A stretch of 64,000 nt of DNA, from IMG/VR virus record IMGVR_UViG_3300032301_000632, positions 14,136 to 78,135 of that record. One strand, written 5' to 3'. Below the pieces are notes generated by a model. The model made no database searches. It was given only the letters and a program-made list of their open reading frames with translations, and was not told the DNA's origin. Position 1 is the stretch's first letter; every line of letters begins with the position of its first letter. Below are positions 36,201 through 38,499 of this stretch, one piece after another. Position numbers and translations under genes: made by a program. Origin of the DNA: a virus. Its lineage: Duplodnaviria; Caudoviricetes.

Positions 36201-37794
36201 ATACTGTAACCTTAGCTCCTCTTTGTCTAGCCTCTGCTAGTGATACTAAAATTCTAGGGTCAACTGAACCAAAGGGTAAATATATTTTGACATCATCCTT
36301 TTCAGTTGCATTAAGTAATAATTCATTTACTAAAGCTTCGCTATCAATTTTATTTAAAGCTGACCCCTCACTTTCAACTACTTTATTTTCTTTAATCTGT
36401 GTAGAAAATCGTTCTAAGTCTGATACTAACCTAGGGTTTGTAACTGTATACCCATAATCTAAAGCTATTGTATCTCTAGGTTCTTGAAATGGTATATCCC
36501 AACCAGACTTAGCATGGTCTTCAACAGCTTTAGCATTTAATCTTTTAACTTGTTTAATTCTTTCTGCTTTAGTTTTAGCTACATTAGCTCTATCAATATC
36601 TCCAATATTCCCTGTTGTTATAAAAAAACTTTTCTCTCCATCTATAACACGGCCATATAACTTAACGTGGTTAATATAAGAAATTTCAGGGTCAGAGTAA
36701 GTAGTAGTGTGTATACCTAATCTATTAGCATTTTCTAATACTGATACTGCTCTAGTTAACTGGCTAACATAACTATCTTTACCATGCATATCCCCAACAT
36801 CAATATTAGCTGTTTTTATTTTTCCTATATTTCTAGTAACAGGAGTATTTATTTCTAGCGGGTCAGTATTGTATGAAATTATGCTAACAGTTTTATCCTC
36901 TGCTTCTTGAATAAATTTTTCTAAACTAGTCCCTAAATTATCAGGATTAACTAGTTCTAATCTAGTTTCTGAAAATCTATTCTTTGTGTTATCAACAATA
37001 TTCGTAATAGGGCTAACTATACCTTTAATAGTTTCCCCTATTGTACGCATAGAGGCTTCTTCTATTGCACGAGAAAATTGTTTGTAGCTAGTTTGAGGAG
37101 TTGTCTCATATTTTGTAAATGGTTTAAAAGTTCTAACTTTAAAAGGCTGTATACTAGCTAACTGTTTATTATACTCTTCAGCACCCTTTTCATCTTTATT
37201 TTTTTCTGCAATGTCTAACTGTATCTGTATACGTCTTAATGTACTGTCTAACTGTCTGTTGGTGTTATTAATACCAAATTCTTGGTCTACTGCAGTAACT
37301 GCAAAAGATTGTGTGTTATGTTCTAATAACTTATGCTGTACTCTTCTTTTATTCTCAGCTAAGATTTTTCCAGAATCTAGTCTATTTAGACTATTGTCTG
37401 GGATATACGCTTCAACTTCTTCTACTGTACTAGGTGCAAAAGTTGATACAGCAACCTTTAATGGCTTTTGTTGTACTTGATTTTTATCTGAAGTATTTCT
37501 AGACTTTTGCTTGTTTAGACTATCATTTATATCCCCAACATCAGCATCAGCTTTTTCTTCTTCAACCGTACTATGTGCAGAATTCGATATATTAAATTTT
37601 AAAGGACTTTGATGTACAGGTATTTTAGACGAAATCTTTTTGGGGTCTATATCCTCAATATTAAATACATCTGAAGAACTCTCTTCAGATTTATTATTTG
37701 CATAATATTGTAGATACTCTTGAAGCAAAAACTCATGTTGTTCATGCTCCTGGTCATTCTCCCAAGTAAATAAGCTGTCTAAATTTTCTGCCAT
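9202..37794 (-). CDS. Giant (9,530 aa) multidomain virion protein, tape-measure/ejection-like polyvalent protein
   Basis: Uninterrupted 28.6 kb ORF at the distal end of the virion block. It has many Gly/Ala-rich hydrophobic helices, internal repeats and recognisable enzyme motifs (listed as sub-features). Confidence 0.85.
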   Translation of the reverse strand: MAENLDSLFTWENDQEHEQHEFLLQEYLQYYANNKSEESSSDVFNIEDIDPKKISSKIPVHQSPLKFNISNSAHSTVEEEKADADVGDINDSLNKQKSRNTSDKNQVQQKPLKVAVSTFAPSTVEEVEAYIPDNSLNRLDSGKILAENKRRVQHKLLEHNTQSFAVTAVDQEFGINNTNRQLDSTLRRIQIQLDIAEKNKDEKGAEEYNKQLASIQPFKVRTFKPFTKYETTPQTSYKQFSRAIEEASMRTIGETIKGIVSPITNIVDNTKNRFSETRLELVNPDNLGTSLEKFIQEAEDKTVSIISYNTDPLEINTPVTRNIGKIKTANIDVGDMHGKDSYVSQLTRAVSVLENANRLGIHTTTYSDPEISYINHVKLYGRVIDGEKSFFITTGNIGDIDRANVAKTKAERIKQVKRLNAKAVEDHAKSGWDIPFQEPRDTIALDYGYTVTNPRLVSDLERFSTQIKENKVVESEGSALNKIDSEALVNELLLNATEKDDVKIYLPFGSVDPRILVSLAEARQRGAKVTVLVDKTNRNTSDMDRLQASGVKVVSQDEDDPTFLHAKGFSITGSKSIALVGANNFTRESFTNRVQELMLRLDGAEADQVVAQTDSLISDYGFNEVKNKNKNARKVSHTEMIMNRKGTLELYRVPIRDSVDPSIQTDTMGYYPLSMPDEFFQQYAYNEQTPLVSTFSNLYLARTDKAKTPEAIKKLDREISKPNLGQRINRLFNAEVYHDDYNVIGSALKTTGRIIDTVFGHYEYKEFKAEQSRGGIGSIKKLFNIVENEPKKIDEGFFESLLSTVYDSTSSISLAIGTYIGISLPFQHFKGKLETEALSKLLEHNNGRSGYSRIIDSTRNFVFGSTYGRLINVATKYADTPGAVAANISNFTAMMNKTPDEIKFLSKANNYSEAIINDLLGLRQSFEVTGAKDKVVAAGSSGKIELGDELSLFSIQKHIRTFDESRFDTVLKPLLESINPYTNDKYLSSVYKASIDEISLTVKEMPYLQFKNSAGGLSLNKVQFGAVGYQRVASIAKTLDRVGLLLPLNMAYWMPGFKEALKLPDFDPRKNIVWGDVFSLEESVNWVSDTVNSIYSTFVPKWKSSAKSRVGQFIDTVKSIPSQIKDSLKQVRKTWQADADYQRAYNTLKAKVGESNWGAFADKMSFPPYAQTEAGYISALDNESRRIIDADKSLKSIVDSTEFAEFIRANDNLQNTFRDYASSRGYSTHTEKVSPFDKNTKASNAILKAPHLIKNPNSDIYKQIARTKTIAKGVGLALMVDAALGWTTLQSGVDIFTQLRARMEMDDTSGDPIAKFKFQGEPGTVLALGTGLVAGVSAGVLFPRIEDIGTLEKPRVSLDPLDVHKIRYEFLENKVSSVDAFEADSRVLTNLKEYNKNLSRYTQPVHQKLKFNTNLAIGVGLLGVLAAKQGAKMFASMLNKFYGNDPREDIEYEETGALLSSILERNVSENLPYARTKGDIAHLTMAKLMAENSLRTQKIGDRIYNVATQATLPFFQIAALARVEHTENTNTRKITFGIAFQLSPVLGLGMSPTLPFSVRLTDRKPTHEEKTEQNKYIADQLSARDTFQVLANVSSSLFTGGSSLAYEQDSSFESGLNDIGMVALLGFATKPLLKLDIAKKIISRESSGIARVVNSIPFKATKYILKDTVANLMTVPAHYAYGSAKALRATFGNKAIALPVAAALYSAISSSIDLIPSDTDNDVYNKAVDVAKLGLKVSSAVGLAYAGYAAKDLKPQQLTKITRATRKAAPYYLALAFGRMISEPGSGYNDHELTTGVEQFQATLGIGLGLGYALDSSGAFASKYELQQILYNEQRHIARDIPAVDKVKFTRRAFAYDLVKDNGLKTLDTTVAEKNIQQLISEDVYRIKEGATPVKRTINPLYTNMAKEIAAPKIVEDAIISHPTIRRPANLEFVSMRGRVKAAATAYVLTTVVASAITNLLPENVSRAFESLPIIGPTLKVLGGGENTIERQWGLEPREKHGRAKKFFGNIFKKLTFNILDMNAYSDRSDPFFADPLGPFGTSFKPDHTARYAQLASEFSDLSTSSYFMARERHDFSEHAKIASDHRYDPRLELWIRSRTARATPMVVDTSISASEASQASSLVSRELSLRQNRMSWMTWQRSDELYRDITMSLILSGDLRDSTIPGEKFKRSYNPLQSIGKAKWMVPISNPSEAKIKIELASGQHQISGAGASDLETFLNESAFNARAIKEIITGHELITTLGDRSGFSWLSPLLTAAIYGTYALAGITTLSAINNLAKEKSELELIEQATLNQTKYALNKKNYSFSTTMVDGDERIVLLNKKRPGNTGSILGSFADLQQASPEGTSTNNLLANLKHRHGGLIDTTNYIINKETVKNIDIFVKQSVDPSIGRPQALENLVNSSARARESLKKALMRPAVKGSQISLFEVLYSRPAESIEGFLDDLFDGEGGFAKLLASEVDEFDTNFVSESIQKRNARLQNIIGKTKAVSKLVQYVEDPIAGTGYDLSRSNSTLYTRRANTFQRAQQTVNVSEPRVTSSSNKQWSTGFINSTLDAGMGLAEASRVWMSSIVPSYEVLEGAALMVDKNQDPYMRRAGGVAAMRSIISLGLSVGSSTLIAMAGLSGPIALVLGFGLVAGAQILRYSKNPNAYQEEEVALGKLTDFMIDPSGSLSKSLEGNILQKPVSLLAKIVTTPIGETLNLLAKPINYISSQYIGPVIAEMWDGMQNEWFGKSMVASMFLPMFTAYSAELYKKKDDARYILDNIKMAMAAPNLQGVVDPLLLGQVSGDREQALYERYFSSNSVGGRISDSFGPSNYRISNLLANELKRRQGLYNQAVVGSAVNRLKPVKPNYWGSAVVAVGALAASKAFAHFSSLESRTRFGDNFEIGLSETDKKLATKWFGYKPAAKRELSSLFDLYDKAHNKLNPDNPLNNPNRPTVGLSRKSTAYLIDEQQIELSHKATKSLANRNRGMVVAGSSKELSESVYNSSAFKVFHEYSHHLTVTSQDTLMTKGIQKKLLSTLSTGIGKADRIKFVKYIERISLESTLKHIKELKDAGETITQEYVKTVYRTELDANTKASQAFHETFSHNRFANFDDGAEQYIELTNEYNEKLKAAPSINKQTRAAIAKLETGRAEFKTSKVNLGSSKLSPNYGMGKGFGTSSADDVDDLLRTTIKADTPDAGYRWAQSDTMPVSRITSRYQSSYHGKFGGRELTNIQSRRLVLQRSINNLALDRTMSRINSSTTQLTQAEIRLISLEETLAVHQEVGQAIKTGDTDYIDNLVKNNRSNVADNASKLRREMSQRLKTAKAIENQALHGRLHTGTEAPTEEAPKVTSSEPTLKSWAREEVDMASHRVYKSMSPRAQLVLDDIKDMGKQLKSMPRRFMEAFNDVDEFIPTTKVRPSMTHTVGDIINNFENIPAYAKAVAKDKMFSLRNVVLPKAKHVASRIGRGFQEIFGQLEILTMGLDVYRGASTHQTFHNLSKAYATYYANPEDVEQTFKKARAHELIEASSTFISFAASMLSGAGATRAIVGMTFGLGLAILSPDVFGLAGHMAKKDQEKLSQGEYVDPLVLTSSAYLRTYGNYTRASSISTEVTKKLLQPLRITLKKGLRKVLSSKAFAFTHTNFTKASLGVLGVTSLMVMYDNYKLKREWDNLSAELQSRYGSFEEYKIRNQNNLVRLANKSAIISTVADGAYRTYSAASYNFGLPSIRTLVSRGYTAVKGKVIEAATKVGNVFNDVKIFADDVISLIRPHVRPFIEPVKNKVIEVFNYITTREVYIKAKAIADEVVTATVAGAKAFIKEPIATVKSSMSKLPEAITSVYNAAKSKITELLALAPNSNSPLAWVVQQLQALKSMVGSGINYLKQNLEVAKRVLGETADKAVRQTGRIIGLVTSNTSKLLEKVGIKTGVIANQIGRLKASIKTASKKLFSETLEKISTQISNGPLPKVLDKFGKVVIKQGWKNVAINFISPILDIMQFQGSVKDAKQLNEHSSLAEFEAAYSRAGAARGSLGGYLMGLIGMGNLGGFVSSIFGATVRAESAKKKAKKRKEYLEKHGGRMTTMMIIQDFYIPLVIDVGLGIGAGLAIKHFGTKALSYLGEKISPHIPESMKPRLQGLRKAWEKGKAKGIQKEAEMLAARQERLQMKTQKVTIDTLMDSYDKQMNVPKGAQKPKIVMGEVGVSTHYNVQTKTIVMSKEDYLALSLENTPEAKQAKFAFYHEYSHHYQVSGDLERLPITDITENRELLMKQAQASTVSYAENISKINGAAPSVEELALVYQEELSANIRAQQMGGAAIDSDFINQQASKYDDLVKQSTAATAHGVNIRNVLYTSNTDSIFSIIKNKDELLHNIKLRTSFYGKVSTDFSREVSSAVKSIAKGVRDLPKNVSSIVDVYRNTADLPAPVYKKFVWNLPKDVVDSFAGYKSVTEIPTRKGFLFKINYYNPFSNLAPGTNNWFTDPYGVTINTGISDYTTESRVGKMPYDYKTPTGVTPDFVNIDYGINKEGAANTVKYGVFTISSNKSNVEFLDTLDEVLVIRSEPNPMMFNNGVTEIDKKKSATGILENFYEMQVRLKHTLQNYKGDITLVDFHTQVKERFVVHTLLNSVTASPTVAVDSVRSANELKLVRSFESADKHNIAIMLGLFDPNEQILSEKVLGNEKATVKKLRFYTHDGFNIDSKTAAKQPDLVEYTQDSVTGKTYNKSGAVVSDYDLIRIRNGAAEWNNNYKLDDETFLGITKSEIKKVNKLSKLNTRTIGKDVYSREYVLRNSLNSSDRKLITAAYTSKLAPIDTFVDPNFKIDQTTKKSLPHLVLDFRSKYDEFIASGDIKTARGIKSRYGEIVRANKEMSQLLHISDNIDDLDVSAIKKTLNTITDTKHNFGIHGPASGIDSHTPFDISFYLEKPQQVITRQRYLLGKNSRIQDSLVQRKIKELRYKSVEKAQIKLAKLETLKNAVQEHDLDASAKLSRELGFTQKQVTLDSVDQEISKTSKFIDNKITGINKRLSFLNKGIDVKLDKTRFDYYRKMISNNMFMADVEFSREYNKILSTLKPGQTIDDVQDVVNTLVRSTQSKKDLLVAQQKLVYKLYSQGLTLNLNQVVKTLRVESLGEVFEAVGKHALPVAKEVARFAFHKVLHKLDVAVGHPVRNVLHKAATAVNTVTGYDFAKLPVHLDTTFSIFDVGLAIYSTAALNTEIKKYITHYDSGTFDSEEYLRTMTAARATELGSFAGTTLGSTITFLTGNLPLSLVGGISATFAGTKTDLWGLLPTEIGTYYFGLANKIAQKDLKRIQDGYAPTNLQPPVSYYLKMHRDYKVAAKVSQDIVGASGRVIGQGAAYVFGKIVKHILSPIAQKIKQHSRAIRYGAGTLTAALAVDSLIKLKDAETTKEKVMYTTEALGATYVTSLLYAPLKTIDLTMTAATVVAQAAELAAGYAIYAGERIAQLGPKVIKTVEKGIVNPTLNFISKHKRATAIGLTSMALLGAYYVINNLPNVIDMLPVSEESKKYLREKMPVLSGLVKTTANAAVTLMALNVPIIKRMITKNHPTFGSRVTKFNRRAIGGFLRYAIAPNIIENITQSKLSEDQQSFVSSAYLGLNLGFDSSNIAHNLRSWKGDARLRAVSLEIFTTELNTAKRNLSANTRFYLPGEKDIEVGNYKAARNRYNTAVAKYDAQNTPAQLKKARDGIQRANLIFNLAMPFLLLATKLLNRDEEDRKITKEDIYAASGIAAGQAVGMVAQRAGLIFTKANIVSFLKSKLVRELKGATMAAARSGVFAAYLAAKMYYPDKTNATTDFLASTYIGAVVAHDTTNLSNALLSHSYKAHTKNFKTFGIKPAIGVHGVSMTLKYSLLPIMYLTNRLVNEGKITKEDLANSGGYLLGATAYDLSKNHKAIISQSKTIVRKSVEFGRRYSKNILLATAAIGYVAGLGYYTHKKLNNEELESKEAFLLGAYIGANFALITYPRHKVAKPGIQYGTLPVIEINRVKPKTEIVHVSKSPSRTVNVVNNEIFYSPGSKPQLQLSASTAVRIETPMPSYKSGEIVLSTQAKSVASTVDIEPRPQLLLTGAEPRKLLPSAKPQLLLAAGNDLAKGTEVSSVKVKPVIEVDPVHRNILGNKVSEGLVDTTKVSKVEGMNAPRIKGGAIIKHSAYDPNYVFMKAELIPDEPVIRMRAELMEEPGGAIVLYNQQRVTKARPKILSSIGGFLKRNIRHLIMPVSFLAAQQLAKGEITKEDYNFAGGMLAGSILHDVVRNPLATSKSLGKFSKSVGKLSKSLANWSIEKAVQHRQSIFMAARYGAAGLYAAHKKGDLNKTESLLTGAYIGANVAHDSYSMFAKTAGEDKVFTKIARVGGLPVLYLVGKGIMTGEINKQDLLLASGYVGGALLYDVARDPKAAVGWVKKHVNLSSRALRYGAAAAYSLFNKDQDSRESFLYGAYLGANIAYDTDFTRQRYNNIEETFTPTATPTATRTSKVYSYVGGEQASDVHVVKKYDSTKQNRRGRLNKRRPPVAQTPFAVVNPNGVTIVSQTKPGAIVKYDPNPTFQPNARPGAIVKYDPNVKFRHIAYPVNKDAGSAIIPLKSRRRSVSPTSLDSLDTEMSSRYRVSSTKPTTVNISSPSSTTGGAIQKFQPQVKRQYKTVQMNAELILDDVDIPKTRQVQLVTESEVASTPKRFNLKVGQLARHLLSPALILLSQQLIKGEITKEDYALAGGMLAGSLGYEFYKHPKAALKATMSVLKVAGDLTAKGLKAGFTWSIQHKTSLAMAARYGAVGLYAAHKKGDLNKTESLVAGAYVGANVAHDSYSMFAKAASENKVFMKVARLGALPVLYLAGKGIMTGEISREDAALAGGYVGGALLYDTVRDHKATVGWIKKHVNLSSRLLRYGAAAAYSLFDEDKDTKESFLYGAYLGANIAYDTDFTRRVRPTRATSSRTPRPKIATFQPFTYSSDNSRVASKPSSVYSYVGGSQASDVHVVKEYDPNKPVTANRRGRLNKRRPTSPFAVVSPDGVTIVSNTKPGAIVKYNPNPTFDSTVRPGAIVPYEKGGAIVPTRSRLKSIEPTHVNKLTYNLTEDISTPRVRPTNVSGGSIVLYKSPQEPGGAIIPLKSRRRSVSPTPLDILDKNMAKEFATSTEQVSDVPGGAIQKYQPQVKEHRQFKNKLTRSTESVYKSEVRYQNKKITKSVGNLKYNSKYINPDLIPDELSATKINFNKLIGQTTRHLLFPAIFLLNQEISKGEITKEDYSFAGGYLAGSLGYEAVRDPKAAIKNVSNVLKVTGDIAGKGLKLAAEWSNRNKQVLFGAARYGAAGLYTAYKKGDLNKTESLLMGAYLGANVAHDSYSMFAKTVGEDRVFNKIARVGGLPLLYLAGKGVATGEINKEDLALAGGYVGGALLYDTIRDPKAAQQWLKNNNPTISKVLRYGVAGAYYTSQDDFNAPESFLFGAYLGANFAHDTYNLKVPSIASTLAFQPFTYSSDNSKLSNRPTGTRRANVYSRVGGEQASDYHVVNKYDPTKQNRRGRLNKRRPTVTQPPFAVVSPDGVTIVSNTKPGAIVKYNPNPTFDPNARPGAIVKYQEELGGAIIPTRSRRVVTGRTPTSILDDAMSQTIDVTSRPVLNLPTPHEPGGAIVPYDKGGAIVPYKAKQGGAIVKYTPNKRPVIRGRLGVSSAASTGYFDSTGGYHPFTDEPGGAIVPYKHQRSYKPRVKPISSRFLGYIRPDGSVEEVGGAIVPYNRARRYKKQPKSTGTRFLGTIDTEGNLIPPTKTPGVKIPAPKPPIQTASKVVASEESVPVVNISKGVLKLGRHLLLPSTVLLNQQISKGEITKEDYAFAVGMFVGSMSYDIIRNPMPTVNALNETLNITSKTVKSMYTNRKSLFVASRYAPIFAYTMYKKGELNKVESAVMGAYIGANLSHDSFKLVSTKYSLFRYALFPAAFLAAQKLRNGEISQEDYTLAGSSAVSAVAYDLIRNKKLALPILKQYGSVGLRVGAAGLAKYGGDYINQDTGSFLAGATYGGMLSYDINRSLAIGQISSFRERIQSLNGYKLTSREVKLTKIDVKLATTKAWRSKLFQKYGLGLAVGVMGLIAGISTDDERAQRDAIMGTAGYMLGASAVDYLKSPNKFTKLQSTTAFRFVRYSILGAYAINSFTDGDRDKHDLIAGGLIAANLFFDNKKAIGKGIQAGERLILRKLTQVALSGNRSAARMVTKFGVRGVKESLLDGMGPIVDIGSIAYYSVDYFKMQKDGMSKLETSFAFTNLLTTTNYFIGGLFGYRAFGPFLDIFTAGGLSALSKPSDSWIDERQRLNDNDEVAYLQYGIKRTIQKSAIANAAGDFLRTKVIDKLATKAVKWSTKYLTEHAGQTSKGGKILLAKAFRFISHSRNEGFLSLVNAVPGGTNMLDRFRYLKSIGFDAIADDIGDKVLASVAKNPELLNVHALEESITSLNKQAEGLSEALVGHQKQLATLTSELDEVEEAIRGIKRTSMATKLKQAGKPGKGRLASSPKAVKPSTKPKTSVSKLSQDLGSNTPKPKKGSKLPKPEINFSGKSKISTAIDYMPHGKTPIVSAATKTAGEKLAIQLVGETNTKSPLEYTSPKTNTLVTTLDETIDAAPKADFKIKWEYSPDDGIYHSTWATSLDETLDLSYEKGGAIIPYDPSIQTSRIPNVADDIVELSEMTHIDLNLEKGGAIVLYDPNIAAGKMPSIGGELVESSTSSAKGFGSVNPNEAGDLKLLLARRRALKGQIVTVETQIDTSNKTMLFISKQLDRLPKAIVGRGSLIGRVSEKAIHALKPVGNIVNKLATPASVAISTVIMMSGHERLNKVEDEYNGSKDMYESGMRRSFAGTWGLGAEMIGLINPVLGLGLGLVADYAGDQVGKVYAKRAYENKVSAKKVSTYQTLGIVIGALLAGIVGLTIGLAVLPLIALIGAGIILGHLLTTELAMHTEKNTDTYQHRVDKSREREKAQRIKTASGLSGEESFELYRQGKSISDIAKTSKQVSITQIVRQKEIEEQFITLTAELKDVQERHDKASKIFTTADLSKLTLPKTGKIKLTTIELHKADKLIKKSNKNKDKNNEEQEDTKDKKDYGVEHLVFNQVAPIEFNPEVKNLKLKKEGSLMKYVQAGIKAFSETVKRTWVVAKEALSHTWSNIKNTAMMMFSHGANQAGSEPGGGGSAGILERASTTEVGVNLSGGFEGSKYTKQVADWASAQQTNYTKRIIFAAGHQADYGTGTSGKSGHGITTKDGLNRSVESYATSVAADVYAQVGKERGWDTSVYRQKAGQNISTGHEYLAQQEAQGAYAVELHLDWYGGSSGVIPGSRYNSDGSSIHPYDVAAAEKFGAFSQQHKTASGDTLSTVRSGVSILETSAMDANLEALIRQAAATGDNSKLEEFYRKQAEVYYDQLEALNAAKEESKKPLPTDISGSERAKATVTTAAKVDAAEQYEETNLAIDELSQLATYAQSVKAQEAPGKAVKLDLDTDTDLSNVDQHYTPRPAPKPTVVPTKKGQKTTVHVAEPDAYEKDNYFNVTGFSYFEDESLFDAHAY
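9700..10200 (-). other. N-acetylmuramoyl-L-alanine amidase (Amidase_3)-like domain at the C-terminus of the giant protein
   Basis: RIIFAAGH (H9209), VESYA (E9236), AVELHLD (H9290) and SILETS (E9350) reproduce the order and spacing of the H-E-H zinc ligands plus catalytic Glu. Confidence 0.72.
13760..20670 (-). repeat. Internal tandem duplications in the giant gene (period ~1.4-1.7 kb)
   Basis: The hydrophobic module KGEITKEDY...KKGDLNKTES..GAYIGANVAHDS recurs at ~19170-18460, 17770-17055, 16170-15460 and 14420-13760, with degenerate copies at ~20.0-20.7 kb. Spacers with NRRGRLNKRRP...PGAIVKY.PNP occur at ~18.3, 16.85 and 15.27 kb and are recognisable at DNA level. Confidence 0.92.
24900..25260 (-). 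other. Zincin-like metallopeptidase motif 2 within the giant protein
   Basis: HEYSHH at aa 4222 (nt ~25114-25131) with downstream EELSAN (E4283/E4284). It is preceded by the strand pattern THYNVQTKTIVM. Confidence 0.65.
28540..28900 (-). other. Zincin-like metallopeptidase motif 1 within the giant protein
   Basis: HEYSHH at aa 2996 (nt ~28792-28809) with downstream ELDAN (E3073). Confidence 0.6.
35960..36920 (-). other. Phospholipase D-like (PLD/nuclease) double domain within the giant protein, aa ~290-610
   Basis: Motif 1 NHVKLYGRVID...TTGNI (H376, K378). Motif 2 FLHAKGFSIT...VGANNFT...QELMLRL (H565, K567). Motif 2 is preceded by LAEARQRGAKVTVLVD and LQASGVKV, both typical PLD-fold elements. 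Confidence 0.8.
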
Positions 37795-37841
37795 TAGTAC
37801 ATAGATACTTAACTAACTAACACTAATACCAGCATAGCACG

Positions 37842-38486
37842 TTATGCTTTTCTCGGGTGGTAGATTGCCGGGGTATTTATATCTGTTGGTGTTGCCTGAT
37901 ATAAAGCTGATATTTCACTATGGTCGTATACACTTTCATTAAGGTTGTTTAGTATATCAGTAAAAATTCTATCCTGGAAAGTAACCATCTCACCGTTCCA
38001 ATTCATTGTATACTTAGGGTTATTTATATATTTTTGTTTTAAGAATAAATTGTTTGCTACTAACTTTTCAGCAAAACTCCATCTAAATAAAGTAACCCCT
38101 CCATATAACTTACATTTTTCTTGACTTTTAAATAGTGTTTTAGGAACAGATGAGGCTAAATTATACTCATCAGGATAAATAGATAGAGGTCTATTAAATA
38201 CTGTATCTGGGTCAAATCTCATTAGCCAGTCAGTAGGTTTAAATAACTTTAAAGCTGAATCTAAATAACGGTGTGTCCATAACCCACCAAATTCAGTTAT
38301 TTTACATCTACTGTATACTAAAAGTTTTAAATTGTATCTCTTGGCGATCGCATGATAATCAATAGTGCAACCATCCACAATTAATAACGCTTGGTTATTT
38401 GGATAAGCTTTTCTAAAGTCAGCTAGGCACATGTCTAACTGACTATATTGTCTATACACATTAACAACAAAAGAAATAGTATTCAT
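37842..38486 (-). CDS. Glycosyltransferase, GT-A fold (GT2-like)
   Basis: N-terminal FVVNVYRQ...LLIVDG and a DxD motif in WLMRFDPDTVF. The ATG at 38486 (MNTISF) avoids the overlap with the upstream gene seen in the ORF track (38546). Confidence 0.75.
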   Translation of the reverse strand: MNTISFVVNVYRQYSQLDMCLADFRKAYPNNQALLIVDGCTIDYHAIAKRYNLKLLVYSRCKITEFGGLWTHRYLDSALKLFKPTDWLMRFDPDTVFNRPLSIYPDEYNLASSVPKTLFKSQEKCKLYGGVTLFRWSFAEKLVANNLFLKQKYINNPKYTMNWNGEMVTFQDRIFTDILNNLNESVYDHSEISALYQATPTDINTPAIYHPRKA

Positions 38487-38499
38487 TAAACACAGAATT

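Noticed and set aside
14441-37480. Many 60-145 aa + strand ORFs inside the giant gene
   Set aside because: They are antisense shadows of a stop-poor coding strand, with no motifs or start context. Several merely mirror the repeats.
9202-37794. Virion RNA polymerase (N4/crAss-like) as the identity of the giant ORF
   Set aside because: I found no DxDGD/DFDID-type or T7-like catalytic motif. A highly divergent polymerase cannot be fully excluded without structure prediction.
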